Origin: Nitrospirales bacterium
GTDB taxonomy: Bacteria; Nitrospirota; Nitrospiria; Nitrospirales; Nitrospiraceae
DNA length: 64,000 nucleotides
Direction of reading: 5' to 3'
Assembly (NCBI GenBank): GCA_965223605.1
Contig: CBDCXA010000005.1
Coordinates: 254,473-318,472, forward strand
Shown: piece by piece, positions 19,073-29,461 of the stretch
Position numbering within the stretch: position 1 is the stretch's first letter
Layout: each line of letters starts with the position of its first letter
Translations under genes and position numbers: made by a program
The notes under the pieces: generated by a model
The model's database searches: none
Seen by the model: the letters and a program-made list of their open reading frames with translations, nothing else
What the model was told of the DNA's origin: nothing

Positions 19073-21067
19073 GTGATCGATACACTTATTCTGCTAATTC
19101 CGCTGTTTCCGCTGGTCGCAGTCTTACTGAACGGGCTGTTGGGCAGCCGGTATTCCCAAGAGTTTGCTCATCGACTCGCCTGGGGATCGGTGGGACTGTC
19201 GTTTCTCTGTACCCTGGCCGTCTTTGCCGACACACTGGCCAATGGAATACCGAGAGAAGTGGTCGCCTATCGATGGATTTTCGGCACCGACTTCACCATC
19301 AACCTCGCTTTTTTGATTGATCCACTCACCTGCATCATGCTCCTGGTTATTACAGGGGTCGGATTTCTCATCCATCTCTATTCCGTAGGGTATATGCACG
19401 GGGAAGAAGGATTTACACGATTCTTCACCTATATGAACCTCTTTATGGTCTCGATGCTCCTGCTGGTTATGGGGAATAACTACCTGGTCCTTTTTATTGG
19501 GTGGGAGGGAGTTGGCCTTTGTTCTTATTTATTGATCGGGTTTTATTTTGACCGTGTCTCGGCAGCCAAAGCTGCTACCAAAGCATTTGTGGTCAACCGA
19601 ATTGGAGATGCCGGATTTTTACTGGCTATTTTTCTGGTATTCGTCAATTTCGGAACCCTGGACTATACCGAGGTGATGGCCCGTGCGGGAGAGTTATCTC
19701 CGACCATGGCCTCATGGATCGCCCTCTGTCTCCTCATCGGGGCGGTGGGTAAATCTGCACAGATTCCTCTCTATACCTGGCTCCCCGATGCAATGGAAGG
19801 CCCGACACCTGTCAGTGCTCTTATCCATGCCGCGACAATGGTAACTGCAGGGGTCTATATGATCGTCCGAAACCATGTGATCTTCGACATGGCTCCTATG
19901 GTTATGACGGCTGTGGCCTGGATTGGAGGACTCACGGCCTTATTTGCGGCCACCATCGGTCTCGTTCAAAACGATATTAAACGCGTCTTGGCTTACTCCA
20001 CCGTGAGCCAATTGGGGTATATGTTTCTAGCCTGTGGAATCGGGGCCTATACCGCCGCGGTGTTTCACCTCATGACCCATGCCTTTTTTAAAGCACTCCT
20101 CTTTCTGTCAGCCGGGTCTGTGATCCATGCACTTGGGGGTGAACAAGACATAAGAAAAATGGGGGGACTCAAGGATAAAATTCCCTGGACCTTCTGGGTC
20201 TTTCTGATTGGCACATTGGCTATCGCGGGTATTCCTCCCCTGGCAGGATTTTGGAGTAAAGATGAGATTTTGGCCCACGCCTTTATCAACCATCACTATG
20301 AATTGTATGCACTGGGAGCCATTGCGGCATTGCTGACATCATTTTATATGTTCCGATTGACGTATCTGACCTTCTTTGGGGAGTCTCGAGTCGAAGCCGA
20401 GACGGCCGCACATATTCATGAATCACCCATGGTGATGGTTGGACCACTTGTCGTGTTAGCGGGCCTCTCGTTTTTAGGGGGATTTCCGGGAGTTCCACCT
20501 GAAAACGGATGGTTTCATCACTTTCTCCATCCGGTCACCGCAGTAGCTGGAGCAGAGCACCACGTGAGTCCTCTCACCATTATTGGGTTAATGGCGGTGG
20601 CCACCGCAATCGCATTGATTGGTTGGGCCGTGGCGCATTATTTCTACAGTATTCGGCCGAAGACTGGAGACCAATTGGCCACCCGATTCTCTGGAGCCTA
20701 CGACACACTCCTCAATAAGTATTATGTGGATGAAGCCTATGATGCAGCTATTGTAGAACCCACTAAAATGATTGGGCAGGCCTGGGATTGGTTTGATCGG
20801 ACCGTCATCGATGGAGCCGTCAAAGCGGTTGCCTCCTTCACCCAGAGTAGCTCCAACATTACCGTCTGGATTGAAAATCATGTCGTGTATGCCGGCCTGA
20901 ATCTTGTCGGCTATGGGAATCATCTCGTGGCGCGGTCCTGGCGTAAACTGCAATCCGGCATGGTCCATCATTATGCTGCGATCATTGTCGGCGGGTTATT
21001 TGTGTTGGTGCATATTGTGTTTGTTCTCTGGACCGGCTCCTCCTGGTTTGGAGCCATGATTCGGTAG
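19073..21067 (+). CDS. nuoL: NADH-quinone oxidoreductase subunit L (long form, 664 aa)
   Basis: GTG start 2 nt after the nuoK stop. WEGVGLCSYLLIGF and GKSAQIPLYTWLPDAMEGPTPVSALIHAATMV motifs, plus a long C-terminal region. Confidence 0.9.
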   Translation: MIDTLILLIPLFPLVAVLLNGLLGSRYSQEFAHRLAWGSVGLSFLCTLAVFADTLANGIPREVVAYRWIFGTDFTINLAFLIDPLTCIMLLVITGVGFLIHLYSVGYMHGEEGFTRFFTYMNLFMVSMLLLVMGNNYLVLFIGWEGVGLCSYLLIGFYFDRVSAAKAATKAFVVNRIGDAGFLLAIFLVFVNFGTLDYTEVMARAGELSPTMASWIALCLLIGAVGKSAQIPLYTWLPDAMEGPTPVSALIHAATMVTAGVYMIVRNHVIFDMAPMVMTAVAWIGGLTALFAATIGLVQNDIKRVLAYSTVSQLGYMFLACGIGAYTAAVFHLMTHAFFKALLFLSAGSVIHALGGEQDIRKMGGLKDKIPWTFWVFLIGTLAIAGIPPLAGFWSKDEILAHAFINHHYELYALGAIAALLTSFYMFRLTYLTFFGESRVEAETAAHIHESPMVMVGPLVVLAGLSFLGGFPGVPPENGWFHHFLHPVTAVAGAEHHVSPLTIIGLMAVATAIALIGWAVAHYFYSIRPKTGDQLATRFSGAYDTLLNKYYVDEAYDAAIVEPTKMIGQAWDWFDRTVIDGAVKAVASFTQSSSNITVWIENHVVYAGLNLVGYGNHLVARSWRKLQSGMVHHYAAIIVGGLFVLVHIVFVLWTGSSWFGAMIR

Positions 21068-21094
21068 TGATGAAAATTTCCAAGATGTAATCGT

Positions 21095-22669
21095 ATGCTC
21101 GAAGAACTGACATTTGGATTTCCCTTATTAAGCCTCCTGCTCTTCCTTCCGTTAGGTGGAGCGGTCGTGCTGTGGATTATTCAAGAAGAAGATACCGCCA
21201 AACATATTGCGTTAGGTGTCTGCGCCCTTGAATTTTTCTTATCGGTAGCCCTCCTGTGGTACTTCATTCCAAACTCGGCTGCCATGCAATTCACCGAGCA
21301 TATTGATTGGATACCGCCTCTTGGAATTAGTTACCACCTGGGTGTTGATGGTATCAGTGTCTTGTTTGTCGCACTCACGGCCTTTCTTAACCTCCTGATC
21401 GTCTTGAACTCTTGGGACAGCATTCGACACCAGGTCAAGCAATACCTCATGGCCCTGCTCGCGTTGCAGACCACCACCATCGGAATTTTTGTCAGTCTCG
21501 ATTTGATCCTGTTCTTTGTGTTTTGGGAACTCATGCTGATTCCAAGTTACTTCCTCATTAAGCTTTGGGGAACAGGATCAGGGCGACAATATGCCGCGCT
21601 CAAGTTTGTGCTCTATACCCTGCTCGGCAGCGTCTTTATGTTGGTGGGAATTGCTCTATTAAACTTAAATTACCATGAGTGGGCAGTCACACATGGGGTG
21701 GAACCATCCTATTCATTTGACCTTCTAGACCTTCTGACCGTACCAATCGCCACGAGCCAACAGATACTTATCTTTTGGCTGATCTTCCTCGGCCTGGCTT
21801 TCAAGGCCCCAATGTTCCCCTTTCATACCTGGCTGCCGGATGCCTTGATGGAAGGTCCCATTGGAATGGCCGTGGTCCTGGCCGGAGTGAAATTGGGCAC
21901 CTATGGATTTATGCGACTGAGCCTCCCGTTACTTCCAGATGCCTCCCAACATGGGACCGTCGTCCTCATTATGATGTGCCTGGCCCTGATCGCAATTCTT
22001 TATGGAGCCTTTATTGCGATTATTCAACCGGACTTCCGACGATTACTAGCCTATAGCAGCATCAGCCATTTGGGATTTGTGGTCCTTGGTTTATTTGCCT
22101 TGAACTTTCAAGGCTTGCAGGGCAGTCTCCTGACCATGATTAATCTTGGCTTTAGCACGGCCGGCCTATTTTTTATTGCCGGGTTCCTCTATACCCGCCA
22201 ACACAGTACCGATATCTCCTCATTTGGAGGAATGGCCAAATACACCCCATTGCTCGCCAGTTTTTTATTGATCGTAGGTTTGGCCTCCATCGGGTTACCG
22301 GGCACAAATGGATTTGTTGGAGAATTCCTGATATTGCTGGGCGCATTTAAATCTTGGTGGGTCTATGGCGCCATCGCGGTACTCGGGGTTATTTTTAGTG
22401 CGGCATATTTTCTCTGGTATTTTGAGCGATCGATGTTTGGGCCCTTGGGAAAACACATTTCCCACACCATACAGGATCTCCGAGCCGCTGAGATGACGAT
22501 CGTCCTCTCCCTCACCATTATGATTTTTTGGATCGGGCTTTATCCTTCACCGTTTTTGCGAATTATGAACGGGTCGGTGCAAGCATTAGTGGAGCGCTTG
22601 GAACATGGAGCCACGCAGGGACTCGCCGTCGTCAAACCCAGACACGAACAATTGAGGGAAGATGGCTGA
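21095..22669 (+). CDS. nuoM: NADH-quinone oxidoreductase subunit M (copy 1)
   Basis: 524 aa. FWELMLIPSYFLIKLWG, KAPMFPFHTWLPDA and LAYSSISHLGFV motifs. Confidence 0.9.
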   Translation: MLEELTFGFPLLSLLLFLPLGGAVVLWIIQEEDTAKHIALGVCALEFFLSVALLWYFIPNSAAMQFTEHIDWIPPLGISYHLGVDGISVLFVALTAFLNLLIVLNSWDSIRHQVKQYLMALLALQTTTIGIFVSLDLILFFVFWELMLIPSYFLIKLWGTGSGRQYAALKFVLYTLLGSVFMLVGIALLNLNYHEWAVTHGVEPSYSFDLLDLLTVPIATSQQILIFWLIFLGLAFKAPMFPFHTWLPDALMEGPIGMAVVLAGVKLGTYGFMRLSLPLLPDASQHGTVVLIMMCLALIAILYGAFIAIIQPDFRRLLAYSSISHLGFVVLGLFALNFQGLQGSLLTMINLGFSTAGLFFIAGFLYTRQHSTDISSFGGMAKYTPLLASFLLIVGLASIGLPGTNGFVGEFLILLGAFKSWWVYGAIAVLGVIFSAAYFLWYFERSMFGPLGKHISHTIQDLRAAEMTIVLSLTIMIFWIGLYPSPFLRIMNGSVQALVERLEHGATQGLAVVKPRHEQLREDG

Positions 22670-24257
22670 ATACACACTCCTGTATATTTTATTCGCACCC
22701 TTTGTCGGATCGATTGCGCTGATCTTCGTCTCGAACCGCCAACACCTCCTCGTGCGATGGATTGCGGCCGCGTCGGCATTTATTCCCTTGGTGGCCTCTT
22801 TCTATTTATTTTATGCCTATGACCCCATCCAAGGCGGGTATCAATTTATACAACGCTACGAATGGTCTCCAGAACTCGGGATTTCCTTTTACCTAGGCGT
22901 CGATGGAATTGGGACTCCGCTCGTGCTCGCGTCCTGTATTCTCCTTTTTGCGGGAATTTTTATTTCTTGGCATGTCAAAGATCGCGCCAAAGAATTTTAT
23001 ATCTTTATTTTGATTTTGGCGGCCGCCACGATTGGCGTGTTCATGTCCCTGGACCTTTTCTTCCTGTATTTCTTCTATGAAATGTCAGTCCTTCCGATGT
23101 ACCTCTTGCTGGGGATGTGGGGAAGCCATACCAAGAGCTATTTAGAGATGACAGACCCAGAGGGACTGAAACAGCGTGACTCGGTGAGTTTCATCTTCAA
23201 CTTTACGAAAAACAGTAAAGAATACGCAGCCATGAAACTCGTTCTCTTCCTCTCAGCAGGGGCCGTGGTCGCCCTCATGGGCATTCTCCTTATTTATAAA
23301 GGTTCTGGCCTCTATACCTTTGACATTCTGGTCTTGAGAGAACAGGCGCATTTTTCAGAACCCATGGCCACTCTCATTTGGCTGCTCATCTTTTTTGGAT
23401 TTGCCTCTATCGCTCCGATTTGGCCACTCCATTCCTGGTCGCCTGTCGGACATGCGGCAGCCCCGGCAGCCACGAGTATGTTACATGCCGGCGTGCTCAT
23501 GAAGTTAGGCCATTTCTCGATCATTCGAGTGGCCTTTGAAATTCTTCCGGATGCCACTAGAGAACTCATGCCTATCGCCGCCATTTTGTGTGTGTTCAGC
23601 ATTATCTATGGTGGGTTTGTGGCCTTCAATGCCCGAGACACTAAGTATGTGATTGGCTATTCCAGTTCTTCGCATATGGGATATGTCTTTCTCGGGATGG
23701 CCGCGTTGGACTATATGAGCTTAACCGGGGCGGTGCTGTACATGTTCGCCCATGCCTTGGCCACCGGCATGTTGTTCGCGATGGCAGGGTGGGTGTACGA
23801 CCAAACCCATACCAGGGATATTCCGTCGCTCGGGGGACTCTCAAACCGTATGCCTTTTATTGCCGGCTGCTTTATTATTGCCTGCATGGCCTCTGTCGGA
23901 ATGCCCGGCACGGTGAATTTTATTGCCGAAGTGATGATCATTGTCGGAAGTTGGAATAAATATCCTTTTCAGGTTCTCGTCGCCGTCATTGGAATCGTGC
24001 TCACAATGGCCTATCTCTTTAAGATGATGCGTGGGGTTTTCTACGGGCCCATGGACCAGCAATATAGCCATACCCATGATGCGGTAGGATGGGTCGATCG
24101 TGCCCCTCTCTTTATTATGATTGTCTGTAGTATTGGGTACGGACTGTTCCCCCTACACTTTCTCAAAGTCATTCAAAGCGGAGTTGATCCCCTGTTGGCA
24201 CGGATCATCGAAGTCGCGCCTCTCGTCTCTCAACATACGGGAGGCCTGGTACCCTAG
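22662..24257 (+). CDS. nuoM: second NuoM-like antiporter-like subunit (copy 2, with loop insertion)
   Basis: 531 aa. It overlaps copy 1 by 8 nt. FYEMSVLPMYLLLGMWG, PLHSWSPVGHAAAP and IGYSSSSHMGYVF are the same motif set as copy 1 but diverged. An extra segment of about 25-30 aa follows the MWG motif. Confidence 0.85.
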   Translation: MAEYTLLYILFAPFVGSIALIFVSNRQHLLVRWIAAASAFIPLVASFYLFYAYDPIQGGYQFIQRYEWSPELGISFYLGVDGIGTPLVLASCILLFAGIFISWHVKDRAKEFYIFILILAAATIGVFMSLDLFFLYFFYEMSVLPMYLLLGMWGSHTKSYLEMTDPEGLKQRDSVSFIFNFTKNSKEYAAMKLVLFLSAGAVVALMGILLIYKGSGLYTFDILVLREQAHFSEPMATLIWLLIFFGFASIAPIWPLHSWSPVGHAAAPAATSMLHAGVLMKLGHFSIIRVAFEILPDATRELMPIAAILCVFSIIYGGFVAFNARDTKYVIGYSSSSHMGYVFLGMAALDYMSLTGAVLYMFAHALATGMLFAMAGWVYDQTHTRDIPSLGGLSNRMPFIAGCFIIACMASVGMPGTVNFIAEVMIIVGSWNKYPFQVLVAVIGIVLTMAYLFKMMRGVFYGPMDQQYSHTHDAVGWVDRAPLFIMIVCSIGYGLFPLHFLKVIQSGVDPLLARIIEVAPLVSQHTGGLVP

Positions 24258-24259
24258 CC

Positions 24260-25741
24260 ATGACCTTTGACCTGACCCTATCCAGCGCAGACTTGTTTCT
24301 GCTCCTTCCTGAGATTTTTCTCACGTTGTGGCTTTGCATTGTTCTCGCGGTTGACTTCTCCATTCCACGCTTCCCCCAAAAGCAATTAGCCTATCTAAGC
24401 GTGGCGGGTCTTGTCGGAACCCTGGCTTGCTTGATGTGGTTTATTCAATCGGGCACGCAAGGCACGCTCTTCCACGATATGTTTGTGGTCGATGGGATCG
24501 CCATATTTTTTAAATTATTTATTGTCGCGTCCACAGCCCTGGTCATTTTAGCCTCTATCGATTATGTGAACCGCTTTAAATTTTTTAAGGGGGAATATTA
24601 TTTTCTGGTCCTCATGTCCGCCCTGGGTATGATGTTCATGGCCTCCGCCAATGACCTGCTCTCCCTGTTTGTCACGTTGGAGTTTGCCACCTTTGGCTTC
24701 TATGTTCTGGTGGCCTATTTACGTGATGACTCCGCCTCCAATGAAGCCGGCATTAAGTTTTTTATTTTGGGAATTTTTGCGGCGGCGTTACTCGCCTATG
24801 GAATCAGTCTGGTGTATGGCGGCACAGGAAAACTGGTCTTCTCAGATATGAACATCACGACCCCCACGCCAGCCCTAACCATCGGGTTTTTGCTCATATT
24901 TGCGGCTCTTGGATTTAAAATCGGAACTGTTCCATTCCATTCGTGGATCCCTGATACCTATCACGGAGCCCCAACTCCCGTGACCACCTTTCTCTCCATT
25001 GTTCCCAAAGCCGCTGCCTTTGCAATTTTGATCCGTATGTTTTTTGTCGCCTTGGCCTCATTCAAACCTGCCTGGGTGCTCTTGTTAGCAGGCGCGTCGA
25101 TTTTGTCTATGACCTATGGGAATATCGTCGCGATTGCCCAAAAAAATATTAAACGGTTGCTGGCCTATTCAGGTATTGCGCAAATTGGAAATGTACTCAT
25201 CGGCTTAGCGGCTGGAACGAAGATGGGAAGCGATGCGATCTTGTTTTATCTCCTCACCTATATGTTTGCCAACCTTGGAGCCTTTGCCATCGTCATCGCC
25301 GTCAGTCAAATAATTCGAAGTGATGAAATTGAGGATTACAACGGCCTGAATCGACGCTCTCCCTTTTTGGCATTCTCGATGCTGATCTTTTTACTTTCTC
25401 TCGCCGGCGTGCCTCCCTTAGCTGGCTTTATTGGAAAACTGTATATTTTTGTCGCCGCCATCAAGGAAGAATTGTACGTGCTCTTGACGGTGGGGCTGAT
25501 CAATATCGTGATTTCGATGTATTATTATTTAATCGTCGTCAAAAAAATGTACATCAATGAGCCAGATAATCCTTCAAAACTGACAGTTTCCGGTCCCATG
25601 AAACTGGTGGTGTACATTAGTTTAGCCGGAACCTTACTTCTCGGAATTTATCCCAAACCCTTTATCGAGTGGATTGTTTCCACCACGATGCTCTTTTCGA
25701 ATCTCGCCGGCCCCACTGCCTCACTTCCCGGACTAGGCTGA
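24260..25741 (+). CDS. nuoN: NADH-quinone oxidoreductase subunit N
   Basis: 493 aa. LEFATFGFYVLVAY, KIGTVPFHSWIPDTYHGAPTPV and LAYSGIAQIG motifs. Confidence 0.9.
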   Translation: MTFDLTLSSADLFLLLPEIFLTLWLCIVLAVDFSIPRFPQKQLAYLSVAGLVGTLACLMWFIQSGTQGTLFHDMFVVDGIAIFFKLFIVASTALVILASIDYVNRFKFFKGEYYFLVLMSALGMMFMASANDLLSLFVTLEFATFGFYVLVAYLRDDSASNEAGIKFFILGIFAAALLAYGISLVYGGTGKLVFSDMNITTPTPALTIGFLLIFAALGFKIGTVPFHSWIPDTYHGAPTPVTTFLSIVPKAAAFAILIRMFFVALASFKPAWVLLLAGASILSMTYGNIVAIAQKNIKRLLAYSGIAQIGNVLIGLAAGTKMGSDAILFYLLTYMFANLGAFAIVIAVSQIIRSDEIEDYNGLNRRSPFLAFSMLIFLLSLAGVPPLAGFIGKLYIFVAAIKEELYVLLTVGLINIVISMYYYLIVVKKMYINEPDNPSKLTVSGPMKLVVYISLAGTLLLGIYPKPFIEWIVSTTMLFSNLAGPTASLPGLG

Positions 25742-26092
25742 GCTATCTCGAATACGACCCATATCCATCCTTTGTCCTCTCTCCTTGGAGCTTCCCAGGG
25801 TTAATCAGTCCTCGATCTCCTGAATCTAAAAAGGCTTTAAGGATTCTCTTTTAGCGGAATACCCTTCTTCCTTGGTAACGCCCGCAACCAATTTTGCAAG
25901 AAACCAGGATATTCAAATAACCTTGCGACAGGGTGAAAGGTACGGTTTAATTATTTTTTATCGGACCGCCCCTCACCGGGAAATGGTTACATTCAGATTG
26001 AAACGCCAAAAGAGGGTAACCGTCCTGACCGCCTTGATATCACTTCTACTCAGACTGACGACGCCTGAGAAGAAGAGGACCGGCATATTCTT

Positions 26093-27469
26093 ATGCAATG
26101 GAAATGGTCGATTGAAAACCGAGTCCTGGCGGGGTTTGTCCTTGTCCTGGCTATCTTGCTCGGTATTGGCGTTGTCGCCTATAAGAATACCGTGCTCTCG
26201 GTCCAACATACCGAACGGGACAGGAAGGGACGCGAACTCCTTAAATATCTCGAACTCACCTTACAGTCGGTCGAGGATGCTGATTGGGGGTACCGTCGAT
26301 TTCTTGTGACAGGTGAGCAGAGCTATCTCACTGCCTTTGGGAAATCACAAGAACAAACTCCAACCTACCTCAAGTTAATGCACGATCTCTTTTTGGATTC
26401 CCCAACAATACAAGCTCAGCTTAGTTTATTAGAACATCATATTGATACGCTCCTTCAATCTGGGCAAGAAGGCATCCACCTTCGTCAACAAACCGACTTT
26501 CAAGGGATCCAACATCTCCTCAACTTTACGGATCGCAATAATAATATGGAAGCGCTTCGATTACGTGTCAAAGAAATCAAACAACACGAACATCAGACAC
26601 TCAAAGAACGAACATTTGAATCAATGGAAGGGACCCGAACGACCATTATTCTTTTGGCCCTTGGGACGTTTCTACAGTTTGTGCTGTTGTCGGCCGTCTA
26701 TTATCTCATCCACCATGATATCCGGTCTCGGCGACGAGTGGCGGCAGAACTTCTTCAACGCGGAAAACAGTTAGAAGCCGCCAATCAAGAACTCGAAGCC
26801 TTTAGTTACTCTGTCTCCCATGACCTTCGAGCCCCACTCCGCCATATCGATGGATACGCCTCGTTACTGGAAAAAAATGTTGGGACATCTCTGACTGAAA
26901 AGGGACAACGATACCTCGAGACCATTTCAGAATCGGCAAAGCAAATGGGCAGTCTGATCGACAATCTGTTGGTTTTCTCAAGGATGGGTCGTTCTGAACT
27001 GGCTCAAACACCAATTAATATGGAGCAGTTGGTCAAGGAGGTCCTCCATACTCTTCGTCATGACATCAAAGGTCGTGATATCTCGTGGACAATCGGGCCT
27101 CTCACTGACGTCCAAGCCGACCCAGCCATGCTTAAACAAGTCCTCGTGAATCTGATTGCCAATGCCATTAAATTTACAAAAAGCCGTCCTCTCGCACAAA
27201 TCGAAATAGGTAATGTCACAGAATCTTCCAAAGACATCGTCACTTTTGTTCGAGACAATGGGGTCGGTTTTGATATGCAATATGCTGACAAATTGTTTGG
27301 TGTCTTTCAACGACTTCATCGAGTCGAAGAATTTGAAGGTACGGGGATTGGATTAGCCAATGTGCGACGAATCATCCATAGACATGGGGGACGCACGTGG
27401 GCGGAAAGCCGTCCGAACGAAGGAGCCACCTTTTTCTTTTCGCTTCCCATTCATGGTGAGACCGGATGA
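26093..27469 (+). CDS. sensor histidine kinase with periplasmic CHASE3-like domain
   Basis: N-terminal TM helix, then the CHASE3-like DADWGYRRFLVTGEQSYL. H-box FSYSVSHDLRAPLRHI and HATPase motifs (DNGVGF, GTGIGLA). Confidence 0.85.
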   Translation: MQWKWSIENRVLAGFVLVLAILLGIGVVAYKNTVLSVQHTERDRKGRELLKYLELTLQSVEDADWGYRRFLVTGEQSYLTAFGKSQEQTPTYLKLMHDLFLDSPTIQAQLSLLEHHIDTLLQSGQEGIHLRQQTDFQGIQHLLNFTDRNNNMEALRLRVKEIKQHEHQTLKERTFESMEGTRTTIILLALGTFLQFVLLSAVYYLIHHDIRSRRRVAAELLQRGKQLEAANQELEAFSYSVSHDLRAPLRHIDGYASLLEKNVGTSLTEKGQRYLETISESAKQMGSLIDNLLVFSRMGRSELAQTPINMEQLVKEVLHTLRHDIKGRDISWTIGPLTDVQADPAMLKQVLVNLIANAIKFTKSRPLAQIEIGNVTESSKDIVTFVRDNGVGFDMQYADKLFGVFQRLHRVEEFEGTGIGLANVRRIIHRHGGRTWAESRPNEGATFFFSLPIHGETG

Positions 27470-27912
27470 GCCATCGCAAGCATCTTCTGATCGCAGATGA
27501 CAATCCCAAAGATATCGAGTTAGCCCTTGCCGCTCTCGAAGACACTCGCATTTTTCAGGAGATCACCGTCACTAGAGATGGCGTGGAAACCCTCGACTAC
27601 CTCTTTCGTCGAGGTGAGTATACAGACCGGGAAGTGGGGAATCCTGATTTGATGTTTCTTGACCTCAAAATGCCGAAAGTGGATGGTCTCCAAGTGCTTA
27701 AGACCATAAAATCTGACCCTTATCTCAAACTCATTCCGGTCGTGATGCTGACCTCTTCCCGTGAACCCCAAGATTTGACAAAATGCTATGCCCTTGGTGC
27801 AAATGCCTATATCGTCAAACCTGTTTCCTTTCAGGTTTTTGTTCAGGCCTTGACCCATGCCGGAAACTTCTGGGGACTCGTGAACGAGGCACCTCCTACC
27901 TCACCATCTTAA
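27466..27912 (+). CDS. CheY-like response regulator (receiver only)
   Basis: 148 aa. LLIADDNPKD, LMFLDLKMPKVDG and AYIVKP motifs. It overlaps the kinase stop. Confidence 0.85.
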   Translation: MSHRKHLLIADDNPKDIELALAALEDTRIFQEITVTRDGVETLDYLFRRGEYTDREVGNPDLMFLDLKMPKVDGLQVLKTIKSDPYLKLIPVVMLTSSREPQDLTKCYALGANAYIVKPVSFQVFVQALTHAGNFWGLVNEAPPTSPS

Positions 27913-28095
27913 CTTCAATCGTCATGATACCGGAGAGTCAGAGCCTCTCCGGTACAAGAGTCCGTCCTCTCTTATCTCCTGTAGGTCACATCTGTTCGAC
28001 TTTGAACATTTGACGCATTGGCAATGCCTTTCTTATACTTCATACATCACCCTGTTCACGTTCAACAGGCAATCTTGAGAGTCAAACATCTACGT

Positions 28096-28983
28096 ATGAA
28101 GTCTCTCCCCCATAAAGGCTTGTTTTGGTTGAGTCTCTTCCTTCTCTTCTTCCCAGCCGGGAAGCTAGCAACTGCGCAGGCAGCAGACATAACCTGGACC
28201 CCACTTACCAAAGGACTGTCTATGTCCGTGTGGAACCCTGGTCGAGACTGTTCAGGAACATTGCCAGCATTGATCATGTTAAGGATCAACCCTGATACCT
28301 ATCAATTTTCGACCTATCACTTTCGTGATGAACACATGTCACATCCGCTTACCATCCAAGAATGGCAACAACATACGGGCGACTTATTAGTTTTTAATGC
28401 CGGACTTTTTTTTGAAGACTTTTCGTATATGGGGCTTCTCTATAAACATGGACGTCCCCTCGGATCAAAACGCCATCCATCATGGAAAGGATTGTTTGTC
28501 GCTGAACCGGCTGATGCACGGAAGAGGAAGGCACGAGTCATGGATCTCGATAAGGATTTCTTTTCCACGACCGAACCAGGCTATGGCATGGCAGCTCAAT
28601 CGCTAATGCTGATTGACGGGCAGCGAAAACTACGGGTCCGAAAATCTTCTAAACGAGCTCACCAAACGGTCGTAGTCGAAGAAAAGGATGGCAATATCCT
28701 CTTGATAAAAACCGTCGATGCCGTGACACTCTGGGACTTGGGAATGTGTTTACGAAATGGCTTATCAAGCATTGAACAAGCCATGGCGATGGATGGAGGA
28801 TCGTCTTCAGATGTTTTTATTGCACCCAGTCTACTATCCAATACCCGCACGAGTCGAGTCATTCAATCCTGGGAATTCGTGGTGGATGGAACGGGGTCGG
28901 ATCACATTCCCCTGCCAGCTATTATTGGAATATCCCCCCGACCCATGCCGTCCCCACAGCCATCAACCAACAGGAAGAAATAA
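28096..28983 (+). CDS. phosphodiester glycosidase family protein (DUF2233/NAGPA-like), secreted
   Basis: Start chosen at MKSLPHKGLFWLSLFLLFFPAGKLATAQA (signal peptide); the ORF track begins at 28018. VFNAGLF, LMLIDGQ and AMAMDGGSSS motifs. Confidence 0.7.
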   Translation: MKSLPHKGLFWLSLFLLFFPAGKLATAQAADITWTPLTKGLSMSVWNPGRDCSGTLPALIMLRINPDTYQFSTYHFRDEHMSHPLTIQEWQQHTGDLLVFNAGLFFEDFSYMGLLYKHGRPLGSKRHPSWKGLFVAEPADARKRKARVMDLDKDFFSTTEPGYGMAAQSLMLIDGQRKLRVRKSSKRAHQTVVVEEKDGNILLIKTVDAVTLWDLGMCLRNGLSSIEQAMAMDGGSSSDVFIAPSLLSNTRTSRVIQSWEFVVDGTGSDHIPLPAIIGISPRPMPSPQPSTNRKK

Positions 28984-29002
28984 ATACCTTTCTCTGTCAG
29001 GA

Positions 29003-29461
29003 TTAGCGATGGGCTGGCTCTAAAGGAAACCCTGACTCTAACCAGGCATTCACACTGCCCGCCACATTGTAGACATGGGTATACCCGAGATCGGCTAAGG
29101 TTTCGGCAGCTATATTACTGCGTTTTCCCGATTGGCAATAGACGACAATATGGTCGGTCGTTGAGGCGCCAAGCTCCTTATGTCGACTCTTTATCTCTCG
29201 ATAGTCGATATTAAAATCAGTCCCAGGAATGATGCCTCCAGCATGCTCCTCAGCCGTTCGAACATCAACGAGGGTAAAACCTTTTTGCGAGGGAGAAGCA
29301 GCCTGTTGCAGGCCATTCCTCAATTCTTGCACGGTGAGTAGATAGGAATGATGCGCGAGTCCGAGACTCCCTGTTCCAAAACCTAAACAAAGAACCAATA
29401 CCACAAGCCCGAATGTCCCTGTTCGTACCTTTGGTACCATGGGATGATCCTCCTCTTTCAC
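29003..29461 (-). CDS. rhodanese-like sulfurtransferase domain protein, membrane-anchored or secreted
   Basis: N-terminal hydrophobic segment. VDVRTAEEHAGGIIPG and the active-site loop VVYCQSGKRS. Confidence 0.8.
   Translation of the reverse strand: MKEEDHPMVPKVRTGTFGLVVLVLCLGFGTGSLGLAHHSYLLTVQELRNGLQQAASPSQKGFTLVDVRTAEEHAGGIIPGTDFNIDYREIKSRHKELGASTTDHIVVYCQSGKRSNIAAETLADLGYTHVYNVAGSVNAWLESGFPLEPAHR

Noticed and set aside
25872-26309. 145-aa plus-strand ORF upstream of, and overlapping, the CHASE3 kinase start
   Set aside because: It overlaps the kinase gene out of frame, has no SD or family resemblance, and the kinase N-terminus (TM helix plus CHASE3) is complete without it.
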